NCBI GenBank assembly: GCA_041941765.1
Contig: CP145869.1
Coordinates: 150,001 to 182,000 of the forward strand
Origin: Candidatus Saccharimonadota bacterium
GTDB taxonomy: Bacteria; Pseudomonadota; Gammaproteobacteria; Enterobacterales; Enterobacteriaceae
Length of the DNA: 32,000 nt
Direction: 5' to 3'
The translations under genes and the position numbers were made by a program. Shown here piece by piece: positions 1 through 12,423 of the stretch; within the stretch, counting starts at the first letter, position 1, and each line of letters starts with the position of its first letter. Below the pieces are notes generated by a model. It saw nothing but the letters and a program-made list of their open reading frames with translations, was not told where the DNA came from and did not search any database.

Positions 1-684
1 TTCTTCATTATCATTAATTTTTTTAGAAGGGTGATAATTTTTGCTAAATACTTGAAACTCATGAGATATAGTTCCTCCAATAGTACCAGTATCGGCTAGA
101 ACTACACGATAATGCAAATTTAATTTTTGAAGTATTCTAATATAAGTACTATACATTATAGTATACATCTCTTCTAGAGATTCTTGACTTATATGAAATG
201 AATAAGCATCTTTCATAAGAAATTCTCGTGCACGTATTATACCAAAACGTGGTCTAATTTCATCACGAAATTTCGTTTCAATTTGATATAAATTCAATGG
301 TAATTGTTTATATGAATTCAGTTCCGTACGCATTAACGCTGTAATAATTTCTTCATGAGTAGGACCTAAGACAAAATTACGCTTATTACGATCAATAAAA
401 CGTAATAACTCTAAACCATATTGATTCCACCGACCACTTTCTTGCCATAATTCAGCTGGTTGAACTAATGGCATAGAAATTTCTAAAGCACCTATTTTAT
501 TCATTTCTTCACGTACTATTTGTTCTATTTTTCTTACAATACGCATACCTGTAGGTAACCATGCATATAAACCAGATGCTATTTGACGAATTAATCCGGC
601 ACGTAGCATTAATTGATGGCTAATATTTTCTGTATTTTTTGGTTTCTCTTTTAATGTAAAAAGAATATATTGAGTAGTACGCAT
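1..684 (-). CDS. proS: Prolyl-tRNA synthetase, N-terminal ~228 codons (3' part runs off the window)
   Basis: Absent from the ORF track because it is open to the window edge. Minus-strand translation from ATG at 684 gives [62 protein letters not shown]...GPTHEEIIT...[26 protein letters not shown]...[17 protein letters not shown]. This is collinear with E. coli ProS ([46 protein letters not shown]...). The frame stays open to base 1. Confidence 0.95.
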   Translation of the reverse strand, partial: MRTTQYILFTLKEKPKNTENISHQLMLRAGLIRQIASGLYAWLPTGMRIVRKIEQIVREEMNKIGALEISMPLVQPAELWQESGRWNQYGLELLRFIDRNKRNFVLGPTHEEIITALMRTELNSYKQLPLNLYQIETKFRDEIRPRFGIIRAREFLMKDAYSFHISQESLEEMYTIMYSTYIRILQKLNLHYRVVLADTGTIGGTISHEFQVFSKNYHPSKKINDNEE

Positions 685-723
685 ATAAACTGTTTTATCC
701 ATAAATACTAAATTATTTTTAAA

Positions 724-3700
724 TTAATCCGAATTTAATAATTCGACTAAATTGGCTGTAGCTTCTTCAGTACTAATGGGTTGTCGTTTTTTACGTCTCC
801 GTAATCTATCTTGATGATAAGAATAACCAGTACCAGCAGGAATTAATCGACCTACTATTACATTTTCTTTTAATCCTCGTAGTTCATCATTTTTACCTGC
901 TACTGCTGCTTCGGTTAAAACCCGTGTAGTTTCTTGAAATGAAGCAGCTGAAATAAATGATTCGGTTGCTAAAGATGCTTTAGTAATTCCTAATAAATTA
1001 CGTTCATAAGTAGCTTGAATCTTACCTTGTTTTTTTAATTCATTATTTATTATTTTTACTCTAGAATATTCAACTTGCTCTCCCTCTAAAAAGATAGAAT
1101 CTCCTCCTTTTTTAATTGTTACTTTACGTAACATCTGGCGCACAATAACTTCAATGTGTTTATCATTAATCTTTACTCCTTGTAAACGATACACTTCCTG
1201 TACTTCATTTGTAATATATTCGGTTACAGCATGTATCCCTCGTAATCGTAAGATATCATGTGGAGATTCGGAACCATCAGAAATTATATCACCACTTTGT
1301 ACATATTCGCCTTCAAGAACATTTAATTGTCTCCATTTAGGAATCATTTCTTCGTATGGTTTTTTCTTATCGTTAGTATTATTATCAATAGGGGTTATTA
1401 TTACACGATGTTTACCTTTAGTTTCTTTACCAAAAGACACTATTCCTTCAATTTCAGCTAGTATTGCTGGTTCTTTTGGACGACGAGCTTCAAATAGATC
1501 AGCAACACGAGGTAATCCTCCAGTAATATCTTTAGTTCCTACTGTTTCTTGAGGGACTCTTGCTAGAGTATCTCCAGAATTGACCCACATTTTATCTTCA
1601 AATTGAACAATAGCTTTACCCGGAAGAAAATATTGTGCTGGCATATCTGTACCAGGTAATAATACTTCTTTGCCATTCTTCTGTAAAATTTTTAAAGCTG
1701 GTCTTAAATCTTTACTTCCCGAAGGACGTTCTGCTGTATCTAAAATTACTATAGAAGATAAACCAGTTAATTCATCAGTTTGACGAATCATAGTTTGTCC
1801 ATCAATCATATCTATAAAATTAATTAAACCACTGACCTCGGTTATAATAGGCATGGTATGTGGGTCCCAATTAGATATTGTTTCACCGGCATGAACCATT
1901 TCATTATGTTCTTTAGTTAGAATAGCACCATAAGGTATTTTATAATTTTCCTTAGTACGACCTAATTTATCAATTATTTTAACTTCTACATTTCTAGATG
2001 TAATAACTAATTGACCATGAGAACTTTTGACAAATTTTGCATTAATTAATTTTAACCATCCATTATTTTTTACTTCAATGCTTGATTCTGCTGCTGAACG
2101 TGAAGCCGCACCTCCTATATGAAATGTCCGCATAGTTAATTGTGTACCGGGTTCTCCAATTGATTGAGCTGCTATAACTCCTACAGCTTCACCTTTGTTA
2201 ATCAAATGGCCTCGAGCTAAATCTCTTCCATAACAATATGCACATACTCCAAAATTAGTATTACAGGTAACTACTGAACGTACTCTTACACTATCTATAA
2301 AATGATTTTCTAATAAATCACATAATTGTTCATTTAATAATGTATTACGTGATATTAATATATCATTAGTACTATTAGGTTTGAATATATCTTGTGCAGT
2401 TACACGACCTAATACTCGTTCTCGAAGAGATTCTTTAATTTCACCACCTTCAATTATTGGAGTCATTAAAATACCCTCAAGGGTATTACAATCCTCTTCA
2501 GTTACAACTAAATCTTGTGCTACATCAACTAATCTACGAGTTAGATAACCTGAATTAGCTGTTTTTAAAGCAGTATCTGCTAATCCTTTACGAGCTCCAT
2601 GTGTAGAAATAAAATATTGAAGTACATTAAGACCTTCACGAAAATTTACCGTAATTGGCGTTTCAATAATAGAACCATCGGGTTTAGCCATTAAACCACG
2701 TATTCCTGCTAATTGACGTATTTGTGCAGCAGAACCACGAGCACCTGAATCTGCCATCATAAAAATACTATTAAACGAAGTTTGTAGTTCTTCTTCACCT
2801 AGACGATTTTTAACTTTTTCTATAGAAAGATTTTCCATCATTGATTTAGCAATACGTTCATTTGCAGTTGCCCAAATATCTATTACTTTATTATAACGTT
2901 CTCCTGCTGTTACTAAACCTACATTAAATTGATCTTGAATGGCTGTTACTTCTTTTTCTGCTTCTTTAACTATTTCTTCTTTATTATTTGGAATTACCAT
3001 ATCATCAATACCAACTGATGCTCCCGAACGAGTAGCATAAGCAAAACCACGATACATAATTTGATCAGCAAATAACACAGTTTCTTTTAATCCTAACAGT
3101 CGATAACATGTATTTAATAAATTAGATATAGATTTTTTTTCTAAAGTTTGATTAACTAAATGGTATGGTAACCCCTTAGGTACAATCATCCAAAAAATAG
3201 CTCTACCAATCGTAGTATTTACTAAACTAGTTTTAGATAATAAAACTCCCTCATTATCTATAATATATTCTGTAATTCGCACTTTTATACGAGCATGTAG
3301 TTCTGCTAAACCAGACTGATAAATATGTTCAGCTTCTTTGGGATCCGTTAATATCATACCTTCTCCTTTAGCATTAACTTTATCTCTAGTCATATAATAT
3401 AAACCTAAAACTACATCTTGAGATGGAACAATAATAGGTTCTCCATTAGCAGGAGAAAGAATATTATTAGTAGACATCATTAATGCACGAGCTTCTAACT
3501 GTGCTTCTAATGTTAATGGAACATGAACGGCCATTTGATCCCCATCAAAATCTGCATTATATGCAGCACAAACCAGAGGATGAAGTTGAATTGCTTTACC
3601 TTCAATTAAAACAGGTTCAAAAGCTTGAATTCCTAATCTATGTAATGTTGGAGCTCGATTTAATAAGACAGGATGTTCATTAATTACATTTTCTAGTATA

Positions 3701-4932
3701 TCCCATACGATTGCTTCTTCTTTATCAACCATTTTTTTTGCTGCTTTTATAGTAGTAGCTAATCCTTGTAATTCTAATTTACCATAAATAAAAGGTTTAA
3801 ATAATTCTAATGCCATTTTTTTAGGTAAACCACATTGATGTAAACGTAAATAAGGACCAACTGTAATAACTGAACGACCAGAATAATCAACACGTTTTCC
3901 TAATAAATTTTGTCTAAATCTTCCCTGTTTCCCTTTAATCATATCAGCTAAAGACTTTAAAGCACGTTTATTAGAACCTGTCATAGCACGAATCCTTCGA
4001 CCATTATCAAGAAGAGCATCAACTGCTTCTTGTAACATTCTTTTTTCATTTCTCACAATAATATCTGGAGCTGCTAATTCTAATAATCTTTTTAATCTAT
4101 TATTACGATTAATGACACGACGATATAAATCGTTTAAATCTGAAGTAGCAAAACGACCTCCATCTAAAGGAACTAAAGGACGTAAATCTGGTGGTAAAAC
4201 TGGTAACACACTTAAAATCATCCATTCTGGTTTATTACCAGATTGTATAAAAGATTCTAATATCTTAATACGTTTAGCTATTTTTTTTCGTTTATTTTCA
4301 GATGTAGTAGTCTCAATTTCTTCACGAAGTTTTTTACACTCACTTTGTAAATTTAAACTTCTTAAGAGATGTTGAATTGCTTCTGCTCCCATTTTTGCTT
4401 CAAATTCATCACCAAAATTTTCTAAAGCTTGAAAATATTGCTTTTCACTTAAAATTTGACCACGTTTTAAAGTGCTGAGCCCTTCATCGACAATTACATA
4501 TGATTCAAAATATAATATACGTTCTATATCACGAAGCTGCATATCTAATAATAAACCTATACGTGATGGTAAAGATTTTAAAAACCAAATATGTACGATA
4601 GGAGAAGTAAGTTCTATATGTCCCATACGTTCTCGACGTACTTTAGTTTGTGTAACTTCAACACCACATTTTTCACAAATAACACCTCGATGTTTTAAAC
4701 GTTTATATTTTCCACATAAACATTCATAATCTTTTATTGGACCAAAAATTCGTGCACAAAATAAACCATCACGTTCAGGTTTAAACGTACGATAATTAAT
4801 CGTTTCTGGTTTTTTAACCTCGCCAAAAGACCAAGAACGAATCATATCTGGCGATGCTAAAGAAATTTTAATTGCGTTAAATTCTTGAGTTTTACCGTGT
4901 TGTGACTTTAAATTTTTTAGTAAGTCTTTCAC
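724..4932 (-). CDS. rpoC: DNA-directed RNA polymerase beta' subunit
   Basis: 1402-aa ORF collinear with E. coli RpoC. N-terminus is [58 protein letters not shown]. It has the zinc-binding CxCGKY..C..CGVEV element and the catalytic NADFDGD motif. GTG start (as in E. coli) with GGGAG 7 nt upstream. Confidence 0.99.
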   Translation of the reverse strand: MKDLLKNLKSQHGKTQEFNAIKISLASPDMIRSWSFGEVKKPETINYRTFKPERDGLFCARIFGPIKDYECLCGKYKRLKHRGVICEKCGVEVTQTKVRRERMGHIELTSPIVHIWFLKSLPSRIGLLLDMQLRDIERILYFESYVIVDEGLSTLKRGQILSEKQYFQALENFGDEFEAKMGAEAIQHLLRSLNLQSECKKLREEIETTTSENKRKKIAKRIKILESFIQSGNKPEWMILSVLPVLPPDLRPLVPLDGGRFATSDLNDLYRRVINRNNRLKRLLELAAPDIIVRNEKRMLQEAVDALLDNGRRIRAMTGSNKRALKSLADMIKGKQGRFRQNLLGKRVDYSGRSVITVGPYLRLHQCGLPKKMALELFKPFIYGKLELQGLATTIKAAKKMVDKEEAIVWDILENVINEHPVLLNRAPTLHRLGIQAFEPVLIEGKAIQLHPLVCAAYNADFDGDQMAVHVPLTLEAQLEARALMMSTNNILSPANGEPIIVPSQDVVLGLYYMTRDKVNAKGEGMILTDPKEAEHIYQSGLAELHARIKVRITEYIIDNEGVLLSKTSLVNTTIGRAIFWMIVPKGLPYHLVNQTLEKKSISNLLNTCYRLLGLKETVLFADQIMYRGFAYATRSGASVGIDDMVIPNNKEEIVKEAEKEVTAIQDQFNVGLVTAGERYNKVIDIWATANERIAKSMMENLSIEKVKNRLGEEELQTSFNSIFMMADSGARGSAAQIRQLAGIRGLMAKPDGSIIETPITVNFREGLNVLQYFISTHGARKGLADTALKTANSGYLTRRLVDVAQDLVVTEEDCNTLEGILMTPIIEGGEIKESLRERVLGRVTAQDIFKPNSTNDILISRNTLLNEQLCDLLENHFIDSVRVRSVVTCNTNFGVCAYCYGRDLARGHLINKGEAVGVIAAQSIGEPGTQLTMRTFHIGGAASRSAAESSIEVKNNGWLKLINAKFVKSSHGQLVITSRNVEVKIIDKLGRTKENYKIPYGAILTKEHNEMVHAGETISNWDPHTMPIITEVSGLINFIDMIDGQTMIRQTDELTGLSSIVILDTAERPSGSKDLRPALKILQKNGKEVLLPGTDMPAQYFLPGKAIVQFEDKMWVNSGDTLARVPQETVGTKDITGGLPRVADLFEARRPKEPAILAEIEGIVSFGKETKGKHRVIITPIDNNTNDKKKPYEEMIPKWRQLNVLEGEYVQSGDIISDGSESPHDILRLRGIHAVTEYITNEVQEVYRLQGVKINDKHIEVIVRQMLRKVTIKKGGDSIFLEGEQVEYSRVKIINNELKKQGKIQATYERNLLGITKASLATESFISAASFQETTRVLTEAAVAGKNDELRGLKENVIVGRLIPAGTGYSYHQDRLRRRKKRQPISTEEATANLVELLNSD

Positions 4933-4994
4933 AAATCAACTCCCTACGGGTGGTATAAATGAAATAGCTTTAATAATATTACTCTTAATTTTTA

Positions 4995-7900
4995 TTACTT
5001 ATCTTCTAATTCTATATTTATTCCTAATGATCTAATTTCTTTGAGCAAAACATTAAATGATTCTGGCATACTTGGTTCCATTTCATGATTATCATGTACA
5101 ATATTTTTATAAATTTTGGTTCGACCATTAACATCATCAGATTTAATAGTAAGCATTTCTTGTAGAGTATAAGCTGCTCCATAGGCTTCTAGAGCCCAAA
5201 CTTCCATTTCTCCAAAACGTTGTCCACCAAATTGTGCTTTTCCACCCAAAGGTTGTTGTGTAACTAGACTATAAGAACCAGTTGAACGAGCATGCATTTT
5301 ATCATCAACTAAATGATTTAATTTTAACATATACATATATCCAACAGTAACAGGACGTTCAAATTTCTCTCCAGTACGTCCATCAAATAAAGTAATTTGA
5401 CCAGATGTTGGTAAATTAGCTAATTGTAGCATTTCTTTAATTTCCGCTTCAGTAGCTCCATCAAAAACCGGAGTAGCAATAGGTACACCTTTTCGACAAT
5501 TGTGAGCTAATTGTATGATTTCTGAATCAGAAAAAGTATTTAAATCTACTTTGGTTCTTACATTGGTTCCTATATTATACACTTTTTGAAGAAAGTCACG
5601 TAACATCATAGTTGAGGTATGTTGGTTTAATAAAATATTAATTTGATCTCCAATACTTTTAGCTGCCATTCCTAAATGAGTTTCTAAAATTTGACCTATA
5701 TTCATTCGAGATGGAACACCTAAAGGATTTAAAACAATATCTACAGGAACACCATTTTCATCATATGGCATGTCTTCAATTGGATTAATTTTAGATATTA
5801 CTCCTTTATTTCCATGTCGACCAGCCATCTTATCTCCAAGTTGAATTGGACGTTTTACTGCTAAGTAAACTTTAACTACTTTTAATACTCCTGGAGATAA
5901 ATCATCACCTTCAGTAATTTTTTTACATTTTTCTTGATATTCAAATTTTAACTGATTTTTTAGCTCACGAAATTTAGTTAAAAAATAATCTAATTCTTGT
6001 TTTTTATTTTTATTATCTAAATGAAGATTTAATAAATCTTTTTCCAGTTTAAATCCATTCAATTTATTTTTTATAATTTCACATGATAATAGCTTTTTGA
6101 TGCTTAACTCAAACTTTTTTTGTAAAAACTTTAATTGCTCTAAATAATCTTTTTTTGCTTGATTAATTAATTTTTCTTCTATTTCAATACTTCTTTTATC
6201 TTTCGCTAGGCCACCACGGGTAAATATTTGCACATCAATTACTGAACCTGATACTCCATTTGGAACACGTAAAGAAGTATCCTTAACATTTGAAGCTTTT
6301 TCTCCAAAAATAGCTCTTAAAAGTTTCTCTTCAGGTGTTAATTGAGTTTCACCTTTAGGTGTCACTTTTCCTACTAAAATCTCACCGCCTGAAACCTCAG
6401 CACCAATATAAACAATACCAGATTCATCTAATTTAGATAATGCAGTTTCACTTACATTTGGTATATCTGATGTAATTTCTTCAACACCTAATTTAGTATC
6501 ACGAGAAATACAAGATAATTCCTGAATATGAATACTAGTAAACAAATCTTTATGCACTAAATGTTCAGAAATAAGAATTGAATCTTCAAAATTATAACCA
6601 TGCCACGGCATAAATGCTACTCGCATATTATGACCAAGTGCAAGTTCTCCAAGATCAATACATGGTCCATCTGCTAATAGATCCCCTTTATTTATTACCT
6701 CACCTACTGATACGCAAGGTTTTTGATTAATACATGTATTTTGATTTGAACGAGCAAATTTAATTAAATTATAAATATCAATTACTGTATTACCATCATC
6801 TTCTTCTAATACTTCATTTTCATTTACTTTAAGTATAATTTTAGATGCATCAACATATTCTACTTTTCCACCACGTTGAGCCATAATAGAAACTCCTGAA
6901 TCAATAGCTACTGTTCTTTCCATTCCTGTACCTACTAAAGGTTTTTCGGATTGCAAAGTTGGCACTGCTTGACGCTGCATATTGGCTCCCATTAAAGCAC
7001 GATTAGCATCATCATGTTCTAGAAATGGTATAAGTGATGCTCCTACTGAGACTAATTGCTGAGGAGCAATATCAATATAATTAATTAGTTTACGATTGCA
7101 TAAAGCTGATTCTCCTTTAACACGACAAACTAACACCTCTTCTTTAAAACAATAATTTTCATCTAGAGATGCATTTGCAGGAGCAATAATATAACTCGCT
7201 TCTTGCATTGCTGATAGATAATGAATTTCCTCAGTTATTTTTCCTTCATGTACTACTCTATATGGAGTTTCTAAAAAACCATACTCATTAGTTTGAGCAT
7301 ATACTGATAAAGAATTAATTAAACCAATATTTGGTCCTTCTGGAGTTTCTATAGGACAGAGTCTACCATAATGACTGGGATGAACATCTCTAACTTCAAA
7401 CCCTGCTCTTTCTCTTGTTAAACCTCCTGGTCCTAAAGCTGAAATGCGACGTTTATGAGTGATTTCTGATAAAGGATTAGTTTGATCCATAAATTGAGAT
7501 AACTGACTTGAAATAAAAAATTCTTTTATTGCAGCAGAAATAGGTTTAGCATTTACTAGATCTTGTGGAGTTAAATTATGATTATCTACTATAGATAATC
7601 TTTCTTTTATTGATCGTTCTAAACGTATCAAACCAATTCTAAATTGATTTTCAATCATTTCACCTACTGAACGAATTCTACGATTTCCTAAATGATCTAT
7701 ATCATCTATTGTTGCTTTACCATTACGAATGCTAATTAGTTTTTTTATAACATTGATAATATCTTGTGGGGTTAAAATTCCTCCCTGGTGAACATCTGGT
7801 TTTTGTTGATTTACTGAAAGATTTAATTTCATACGTCCTACTGCTGATAAATCATATTTATCTTCAGAAAAAAACAGATGTTTAAATAACATTTCAGTAT

Positions 7901-9062
7901 TATCACGTGTTGGAGGTTCTCCTGGACGCATGACACGATAAATTTCAAATAAAGCACTAGATTTATCAGTGGAAGAATCAATATGCATGGTTTCGGAAAT
8001 ATAAGATCCATGATCAAGATCATTAGTAAATATGGTATAAATTAATTTATATCCATTTTTAATAAGTTTATCTAATAAATCTAATGATAATTTAGTATTA
8101 GCACTACAAATTAATTCTCCTGTAACAGGATGATAGTAATCTTTTGCTACAATTTTACCTACAAGATATTCAATAGGAACTTCAATTTCGGTTATATTAT
8201 TTTTTTGAAATAGACGAATATGTCTATTCGTAATACGTCTCCCTTTTTCAACATAAATAATCCCATTAGATTCAATATTAAAAGAAATAGTTTCTCCCCG
8301 TAACCTTTCAGGAATGAATTTCATCATAAATTGATTATTTTTAATTTTAAATACTACTTTTTCAAAAAAAATATCTAGAATATCTTCAGTGCTATAATTC
8401 ATAGCACGTAAAATAACAGTTACTGGTAATTTACGGCGTCTATCTATACGAAGAAATAAATGATCTTTAGGATCAAATTCAAAATCTAACCATGATCCTC
8501 GATATGGGATAATACGTGCATTATATAAAACTTTTCCTGACGAATGAGTTTTTCCTTTATCACTATCAAAAAAAACGCCTGGACTACGATGTAATTGCGA
8601 AACTACAACTCTTTCAATTCCATTGATTATAAAAGTACCATTTGGCGTCATAAGAGGAATGTCACCCATATAGACTTCTTGTTCTTTGATAGATTTCACC
8701 ACCTTTATCTTTTTGTCAGAAGAACCTGGAGATTCTCGGTCATACATAACTAGACGTAATATTACACGTAATGATGCCGAAAATGTTAATCCTCTCATTT
8801 GACACTCTTTCATATTAAAGATAGGATTACCTAATCGATAATCAATATACTGTAGTTCATAATTACAATTATGATTTTTAATAGGAAAAATAGAACGACA
8901 CGCAGCTTCTAAACCAGAATGACCCTTGAAATCTTTAGATAAAAATTTTTGAAAAGAATCAAGTTGCATAGAAAGAAGATACGGAACATCTAATAATAAT
9001 GAACTTTTACCAAAATCCTTACGAATCCGTTTTTTTTCGGTATGGGAATAAAATTGAGCCAT
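4995..9062 (-). CDS. rpoB: DNA-directed RNA polymerase beta subunit
   Basis: 1355-aa ORF collinear with E. coli RpoB (..[15 protein letters not shown].., ..[32 protein letters not shown].., ..[11 protein letters not shown].., C-terminal ..[17 protein letters not shown]). It lies immediately upstream of rpoC, as in the conserved rplKAJL-rpoBC cluster. Confidence 0.99.
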   Translation of the reverse strand: MAQFYSHTEKKRIRKDFGKSSLLLDVPYLLSMQLDSFQKFLSKDFKGHSGLEAACRSIFPIKNHNCNYELQYIDYRLGNPIFNMKECQMRGLTFSASLRVILRLVMYDRESPGSSDKKIKVVKSIKEQEVYMGDIPLMTPNGTFIINGIERVVVSQLHRSPGVFFDSDKGKTHSSGKVLYNARIIPYRGSWLDFEFDPKDHLFLRIDRRRKLPVTVILRAMNYSTEDILDIFFEKVVFKIKNNQFMMKFIPERLRGETISFNIESNGIIYVEKGRRITNRHIRLFQKNNITEIEVPIEYLVGKIVAKDYYHPVTGELICSANTKLSLDLLDKLIKNGYKLIYTIFTNDLDHGSYISETMHIDSSTDKSSALFEIYRVMRPGEPPTRDNTEMLFKHLFFSEDKYDLSAVGRMKLNLSVNQQKPDVHQGGILTPQDIINVIKKLISIRNGKATIDDIDHLGNRRIRSVGEMIENQFRIGLIRLERSIKERLSIVDNHNLTPQDLVNAKPISAAIKEFFISSQLSQFMDQTNPLSEITHKRRISALGPGGLTRERAGFEVRDVHPSHYGRLCPIETPEGPNIGLINSLSVYAQTNEYGFLETPYRVVHEGKITEEIHYLSAMQEASYIIAPANASLDENYCFKEEVLVCRVKGESALCNRKLINYIDIAPQQLVSVGASLIPFLEHDDANRALMGANMQRQAVPTLQSEKPLVGTGMERTVAIDSGVSIMAQRGGKVEYVDASKIILKVNENEVLEEDDGNTVIDIYNLIKFARSNQNTCINQKPCVSVGEVINKGDLLADGPCIDLGELALGHNMRVAFMPWHGYNFEDSILISEHLVHKDLFTSIHIQELSCISRDTKLGVEEITSDIPNVSETALSKLDESGIVYIGAEVSGGEILVGKVTPKGETQLTPEEKLLRAIFGEKASNVKDTSLRVPNGVSGSVIDVQIFTRGGLAKDKRSIEIEEKLINQAKKDYLEQLKFLQKKFELSIKKLLSCEIIKNKLNGFKLEKDLLNLHLDNKNKKQELDYFLTKFRELKNQLKFEYQEKCKKITEGDDLSPGVLKVVKVYLAVKRPIQLGDKMAGRHGNKGVISKINPIEDMPYDENGVPVDIVLNPLGVPSRMNIGQILETHLGMAAKSIGDQINILLNQHTSTMMLRDFLQKVYNIGTNVRTKVDLNTFSDSEIIQLAHNCRKGVPIATPVFDGATEAEIKEMLQLANLPTSGQITLFDGRTGEKFERPVTVGYMYMLKLNHLVDDKMHARSTGSYSLVTQQPLGGKAQFGGQRFGEMEVWALEAYGAAYTLQEMLTIKSDDVNGRTKIYKNIVHDNHEMEPSMPESFNVLLKEIRSLGINIELEDK

Positions 9063-9171
9063 AAAAGTTGGAGTTTCCTTAGCTTATTATTGTTGGAAAA
9101 ATAACTCAGAGTGTTATATAAATAAACAATTACAATGAATACACGATGCTTTTGTCTTATTTACTCAAGTT

Positions 9172-9203
9172 AAAATTTTAAAATATTCTACAATCAAGTA
9201 GAA
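9172..9203 (-). terminator. Candidate weak attenuator hairpin in the rplL-rpoB spacer
   Basis: On the minus strand: TTCTAC (9203-9198), loop TTGATT, GTAGAA (9191-9186), then TATTTTAAAATTTT. This is a 6-bp stem with only 2 G:C pairs and a U-rich tail. Its position matches the partial terminator known between rplL and rpoB in E. coli. The structure is weak and such hairpins arise by chance in AT-rich DNA. Confidence 0.25.
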
Positions 9204-9282
9204 ATAGAAATAACCAGCTGGCTTATGTTATAAGACTTTATCTGAGTAGATAAACAAATATTAATTGAATAAAATAATTAAT

Positions 9283-9660
9283 TTATTTAAGTTCAATAGA
9301 AGCACCAGTTTCTTCCAAAGATTTTTTGATACTATTAGCATTATCTTTACTTATACCTTCTTTAATTACAACTGGTACTGATTCAACCAGATCTTTAGCA
9401 TCTTTTAAGCCTAAACCTGTTATTCCTCGTACTGCTTTAATTACAGCAATTTTATTATTACCAATTGCAGTTAAAACTACATTAAACTCAGTTTGTTCTT
9501 CAATTTCTTCTTTTTTAGATTCTGGTGAAGAACTTGAAGGAATAGTTAAAGCCGCAGCTGAAACTCCAAACTTTTTTTCTATAGCAGAAATCAAATCTGT
9601 AATTTCCATTACAGACATATTTGCAATAGTTTCTAAGATATCTTCTTTAGTAATAGACAT
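9283..9660 (-). CDS. rplL: 50S ribosomal protein L7/L12
   Basis: 125-aa ORF: [37 protein letters not shown] ... [23 protein letters not shown]. It is near-identical in layout to E. coli RplL. Confidence 0.98.
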   Translation of the reverse strand: MSITKEDILETIANMSVMEITDLISAIEKKFGVSAAALTIPSSSSPESKKEEIEEQTEFNVVLTAIGNNKIAVIKAVRGITGLGLKDAKDLVESVPVVIKEGISKDNANSIKKSLEETGASIELK

Positions 9661-9718
9661 AATAATTCTTATTCCTAATATTTTGATAAATTATGTAACA
9701 AAATAATCAATAAAATGA

Positions 9719-10255
9719 TCATTTGATAATCTCAATTGGATTAATAGTAGAATCCAGATGTTTTTTATTCCGATATGCTATAAGAGTTCTAATAAATCTA
9801 CCAATAGCTGTTTCTTGTAAAACCCTTATAAAAATTTCTAATGATTCTTCATAAGTTGGAAGTTGAGCTAAATAATCTATTTCTTTTTCCGTTAGCATTA
9901 ACTTTCCGTCAAAAAAAGCCGCTTTAATATTCAATTTAGTAGGATTATTTTTAGCAAAATCTTGCAATAAGCGAGCTGCAGCTCCAGGATGTTGATAAGC
10001 AAAAGCAATTAATGTAGGACCAATAAATAATTTTTCTAATTTTTTTTCAAAAGATGTTCCTTTTACAATAAATTGTAATAAAGTATTACGTACTATATGT
10101 ATAGATATACCTAACTCACGACCAGTTTTTCGCAACAAATTCATTTTATTTACGGTTATTCCACAATTATCTGCTAATACCACTGATACGGCTTTTTTAG
10201 CTGTTTCATTTAATTTTTTTACAAGAGCTTTTTTTTCTCTAAATTTTAATGGCAT
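9719..10255 (-). CDS. rplJ: 50S ribosomal protein L10
   Basis: 178-aa ORF with ..LRKTGRELGISIHIVRNTLL.. and ..GPTLIAFAYQHPGAAARLLQDFAK.. matching E. coli RplJ. It is upstream of rplL. ATG at 10255. Confidence 0.97.
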   Translation of the reverse strand: MPLKFREKKALVKKLNETAKKAVSVVLADNCGITVNKMNLLRKTGRELGISIHIVRNTLLQFIVKGTSFEKKLEKLFIGPTLIAFAYQHPGAAARLLQDFAKNNPTKLNIKAAFFDGKLMLTEKEIDYLAQLPTYEESLEIFIRVLQETAIGRFIRTLIAYRNKKHLDSTINPIEIIK

Positions 10256-10295
10256 TATTTTTTTTTTACTCCAGTAATAATATTTTATTAACTTT

Positions 10296-10322
10296 AAAAG
10301 AAGTTATATTACTACTTCTTTT
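10296..10322. other. Perfect 9-bp inverted repeat (stem-loop) in the rplA-rplJ spacer
   Basis: AAAAGAAGT (10296-10304), a 9-nt loop TATATTACT, then ACTTCTTTT (10314-10322), an exact reverse complement. It begins about 20 nt downstream of the rplA stop on the minus strand. It is AT-rich (2 G:C pairs). Function (terminator, processing site, or remnant of the L10 leader) is unknown. Confidence 0.3.
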
Positions 10323-10341
10323 TTTTATTACATATATTCTT

Positions 10342-11043
10342 TTAAGCTCTTAAACTCAAAGTAGATTGATCTATAGTTATACCCCCACCCATAGTACTAG
10401 ATAAAGTAACTTTTTTAAGATATAAACCCTTAGTTTGAGAAGGTTTAACTTTTATAAGTGCTTCTAATAAACATTCTAAATTTTCCTGGAGATAATTAGA
10501 TGGAAAATCTATTTTTCCTATGGTATTATGAATAATACCATACTTATCATTACGATAATGAATTTGTCCTTTTTTTGCTTTGTTTACACTTTCACGAATA
10601 TTAGTAGTAACAGTTCCCATTTTTGGATTCGGCATTAATCCTCGTGGTCCTAAAATTGGACCTAATTGACTCACTAATGGCATTGCATCAGGTGATGCGA
10701 TAACCATATCAAAATTTATTTTTCCTACTTTTATTATTTGAGCTAATTCATTCATTCCTACTAAATCAGCACCAGCTTCTTTTGCAATTAATATATTTTC
10801 TCCTTGAGTAAATACAGCTACTCTTGGTATTTTACCAATACCATGTGGTAAAAGTACACTTCCACGAATAACTTGCTGATTTTTGCGTACATCAATACCC
10901 AAATTGATATGAACATCTACACTTTCAATAAAATGAGTACTTGCTAATTCTTTTAAAAGATTCACAGCATCTTGAAATAAATACTGTTTTTTTTTATTAA
11001 TTTTATCACGAATCCTCATTTTACGCTTAAACAATTTCGACAT
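10342..11043 (-). CDS. rplA: 50S ribosomal protein L1
   Basis: 233-aa ORF: ..[71 protein letters not shown].. It is collinear with E. coli RplA. Confidence 0.98.
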   Translation of the reverse strand: MSKLFKRKMRIRDKINKKKQYLFQDAVNLLKELASTHFIESVDVHINLGIDVRKNQQVIRGSVLLPHGIGKIPRVAVFTQGENILIAKEAGADLVGMNELAQIIKVGKINFDMVIASPDAMPLVSQLGPILGPRGLMPNPKMGTVTTNIRESVNKAKKGQIHYRNDKYGIIHNTIGKIDFPSNYLQENLECLLEALIKVKPSQTKGLYLKKVTLSSTMGGGITIDQSTLSLRA

Positions 11044-11045
11044 TT

Positions 11046-11477
11046 TTAATCCTTTATTATATTTAACCCCATTGAAAGAGCTGTACCTTCAATACAGCGA
11101 ATCATAGCTTCAATATCAGCGCCCGTTAAATCAGCAGCTTTAGATTCGGCTATTTCACGAAGTTGTCGATAAGTTATATTACCAATTTTTTCTTGATTTG
11201 GTTTACCAGATCCTGATGTAATTCCGGCGGCTTTTTTTAATAAAGCAACAGCTGGAGGAGTTTTTATTACAAATGTAAAAGAACGATCCGAATAAATTGT
11301 AATAAGTACAGGAAGTGGTAATCCTTTGTCATAACTTTCCGTTTTAGCATTAAAAGATTTACAAAATTCCATAATATTGACTCCTTGTTGACCTAATGCT
11401 GGTCCAACAGGAGGAGTAGGATTAGCCATACCAGCAGCAATTTGTAATTTTACATAAGCTTTAATTTTTTTAGCCAT
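11046..11477 (-). CDS. rplK: 50S ribosomal protein L11
   Basis: 143-aa ORF: [46 protein letters not shown].. It matches E. coli RplK. There are 2 nt between its stop and the rplA start. Confidence 0.98.
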   Translation of the reverse strand: MAKKIKAYVKLQIAAGMANPTPPVGPALGQQGVNIMEFCKSFNAKTESYDKGLPLPVLITIYSDRSFTFVIKTPPAVALLKKAAGITSGSGKPNQEKIGNITYRQLREIAESKAADLTGADIEAMIRCIEGTALSMGLNIIKD

Positions 11478-11524
11478 TTTCTTTCCTTAAATAAAAAATT
11501 AGTAAAGGACTCTGCTAATAATTA

Positions 11525-12070
11525 TTAATTTTTATCTACTTGATGAAAATCTAATTCTACTGGAGTAGAACGTCCGAAAATTGATACTGAAACCGTTAAA
11601 TGATTCTTTTCGTAATCTATTTTTTCAACGATTCCATGAAAATCTGCAAAAGGTCCTTCATTTATACGAACCATTTCTCCCACTTCAAATAATACTTTAG
11701 GTTTGGGTTGTTCTTCAGATCGTTTAATACGTTGTAATATTGCGTTCACTTCTTGTTCATTTAAAGGAATTGGATGATCAGCAGTTCCTCCTATAAATCC
11801 CATAATTCTTGGAACGTTACGTACTAGATGCCAACTCTCTTCATTCATCATCATTTGTACTAATACATAACCCGGAAAAAATTTTCTTTCACTTTTACGA
11901 CGTTGGCCACGTTTCATTTCAAGCACTTCTTCAACAGGAATCATAATTTTTCCAAAAAACCTTTCCAAATGATGTAATTTGATATGATCGTGTAATAATT
12001 TAACAGCATCTTTTTCAGTACCGGATAAACACTGAATAACATACCAACGCATGTTTAATGCTTCAGACAT
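11525..12070 (-). CDS. nusG: Transcription termination/antitermination factor NusG
   Basis: The ORF track begins at a TTG (12079). The ATG at 12070 gives [17 protein letters not shown].., aligning with E. coli MSEAPKKRWYVVQAFSG.., so I prefer 12070. The KOW region ..[48 protein letters not shown] is conserved. Confidence 0.95.
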   Translation of the reverse strand: MSEALNMRWYVIQCLSGTEKDAVKLLHDHIKLHHLERFFGKIMIPVEEVLEMKRGQRRKSERKFFPGYVLVQMMMNEESWHLVRNVPRIMGFIGGTADHPIPLNEQEVNAILQRIKRSEEQPKPKVLFEVGEMVRINEGPFADFHGIVEKIDYEKNHLTVSVSIFGRSTPVELDFHQVDKN

Positions 12071-12075
12071 TTGTT

Positions 12076-12423
12076 TCAAAACCTCAAACTAGTTAAGAAT
12101 CTTACTAAATGAAATAAGATTCCATCTAAGACCCATAAGATCATAGAAATTACAATAGTTATTCCAATAACAATGAAGGTAGTATATAAAGTTTCCTGAT
12201 TAGAAGGCCATATAACTTTACGAGCTTCATTTTTTGCTTCAGAAAACCTTTGTAAGAAACGTTTCCCTTGATTAGTCAAGATAGCCATACTACTTCCTAT
12301 ACCAATAAGAAAAAAAATAGTAAATATTCGTATAGATAATTTCATATTAGTAAAATGAGGATTACCTACTATTACTATCATAAAAAAAATAATAAGAACA
12401 GCTAGCCATTTTAAAACATCCAA
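12076..12423 (-). CDS. secE: Preprotein translocase subunit SecE
   Basis: 115-aa ORF with three hydrophobic segments. The C-terminal part [50 protein letters not shown] matches E. coli SecE (..[42 protein letters not shown]). Start is TTG at 12423 with AAGGAG 10 nt upstream. Confidence 0.93.
   Translation of the reverse strand: MDVLKWLAVLIIFFMIVIVGNPHFTNMKLSIRIFTIFFLIGIGSSMAILTNQGKRFLQRFSEAKNEARKVIWPSNQETLYTTFIVIGITIVISMILWVLDGILFHLVRFLTSLRF

Noticed and set aside
1154-4729. Plus-strand ORFs of 66-132 aa (1154-1552, 3483-3683, 4112-4375, 4472-4729) inside rpoC.
   Set aside because: They are antisense shadow ORFs within a highly conserved gene. Their products are low-complexity with no recognisable motifs and no Shine-Dalgarno sequence. 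This is expected by chance in AT-rich coding DNA.
7838-8023. 61-aa minus-strand ORF in an alternative frame of rpoB.
   Set aside because: It is fully nested out of frame within rpoB, and its peptide is a hydrophobic or low-complexity artefact.
9326-9706. 126-aa plus-strand ORF opposite rplL.
   Set aside because: It is the antisense shadow of rplL. Its Ser/Ile/Leu-rich translation is typical of the reverse frame of a Glu/Lys/Ala-rich gene.
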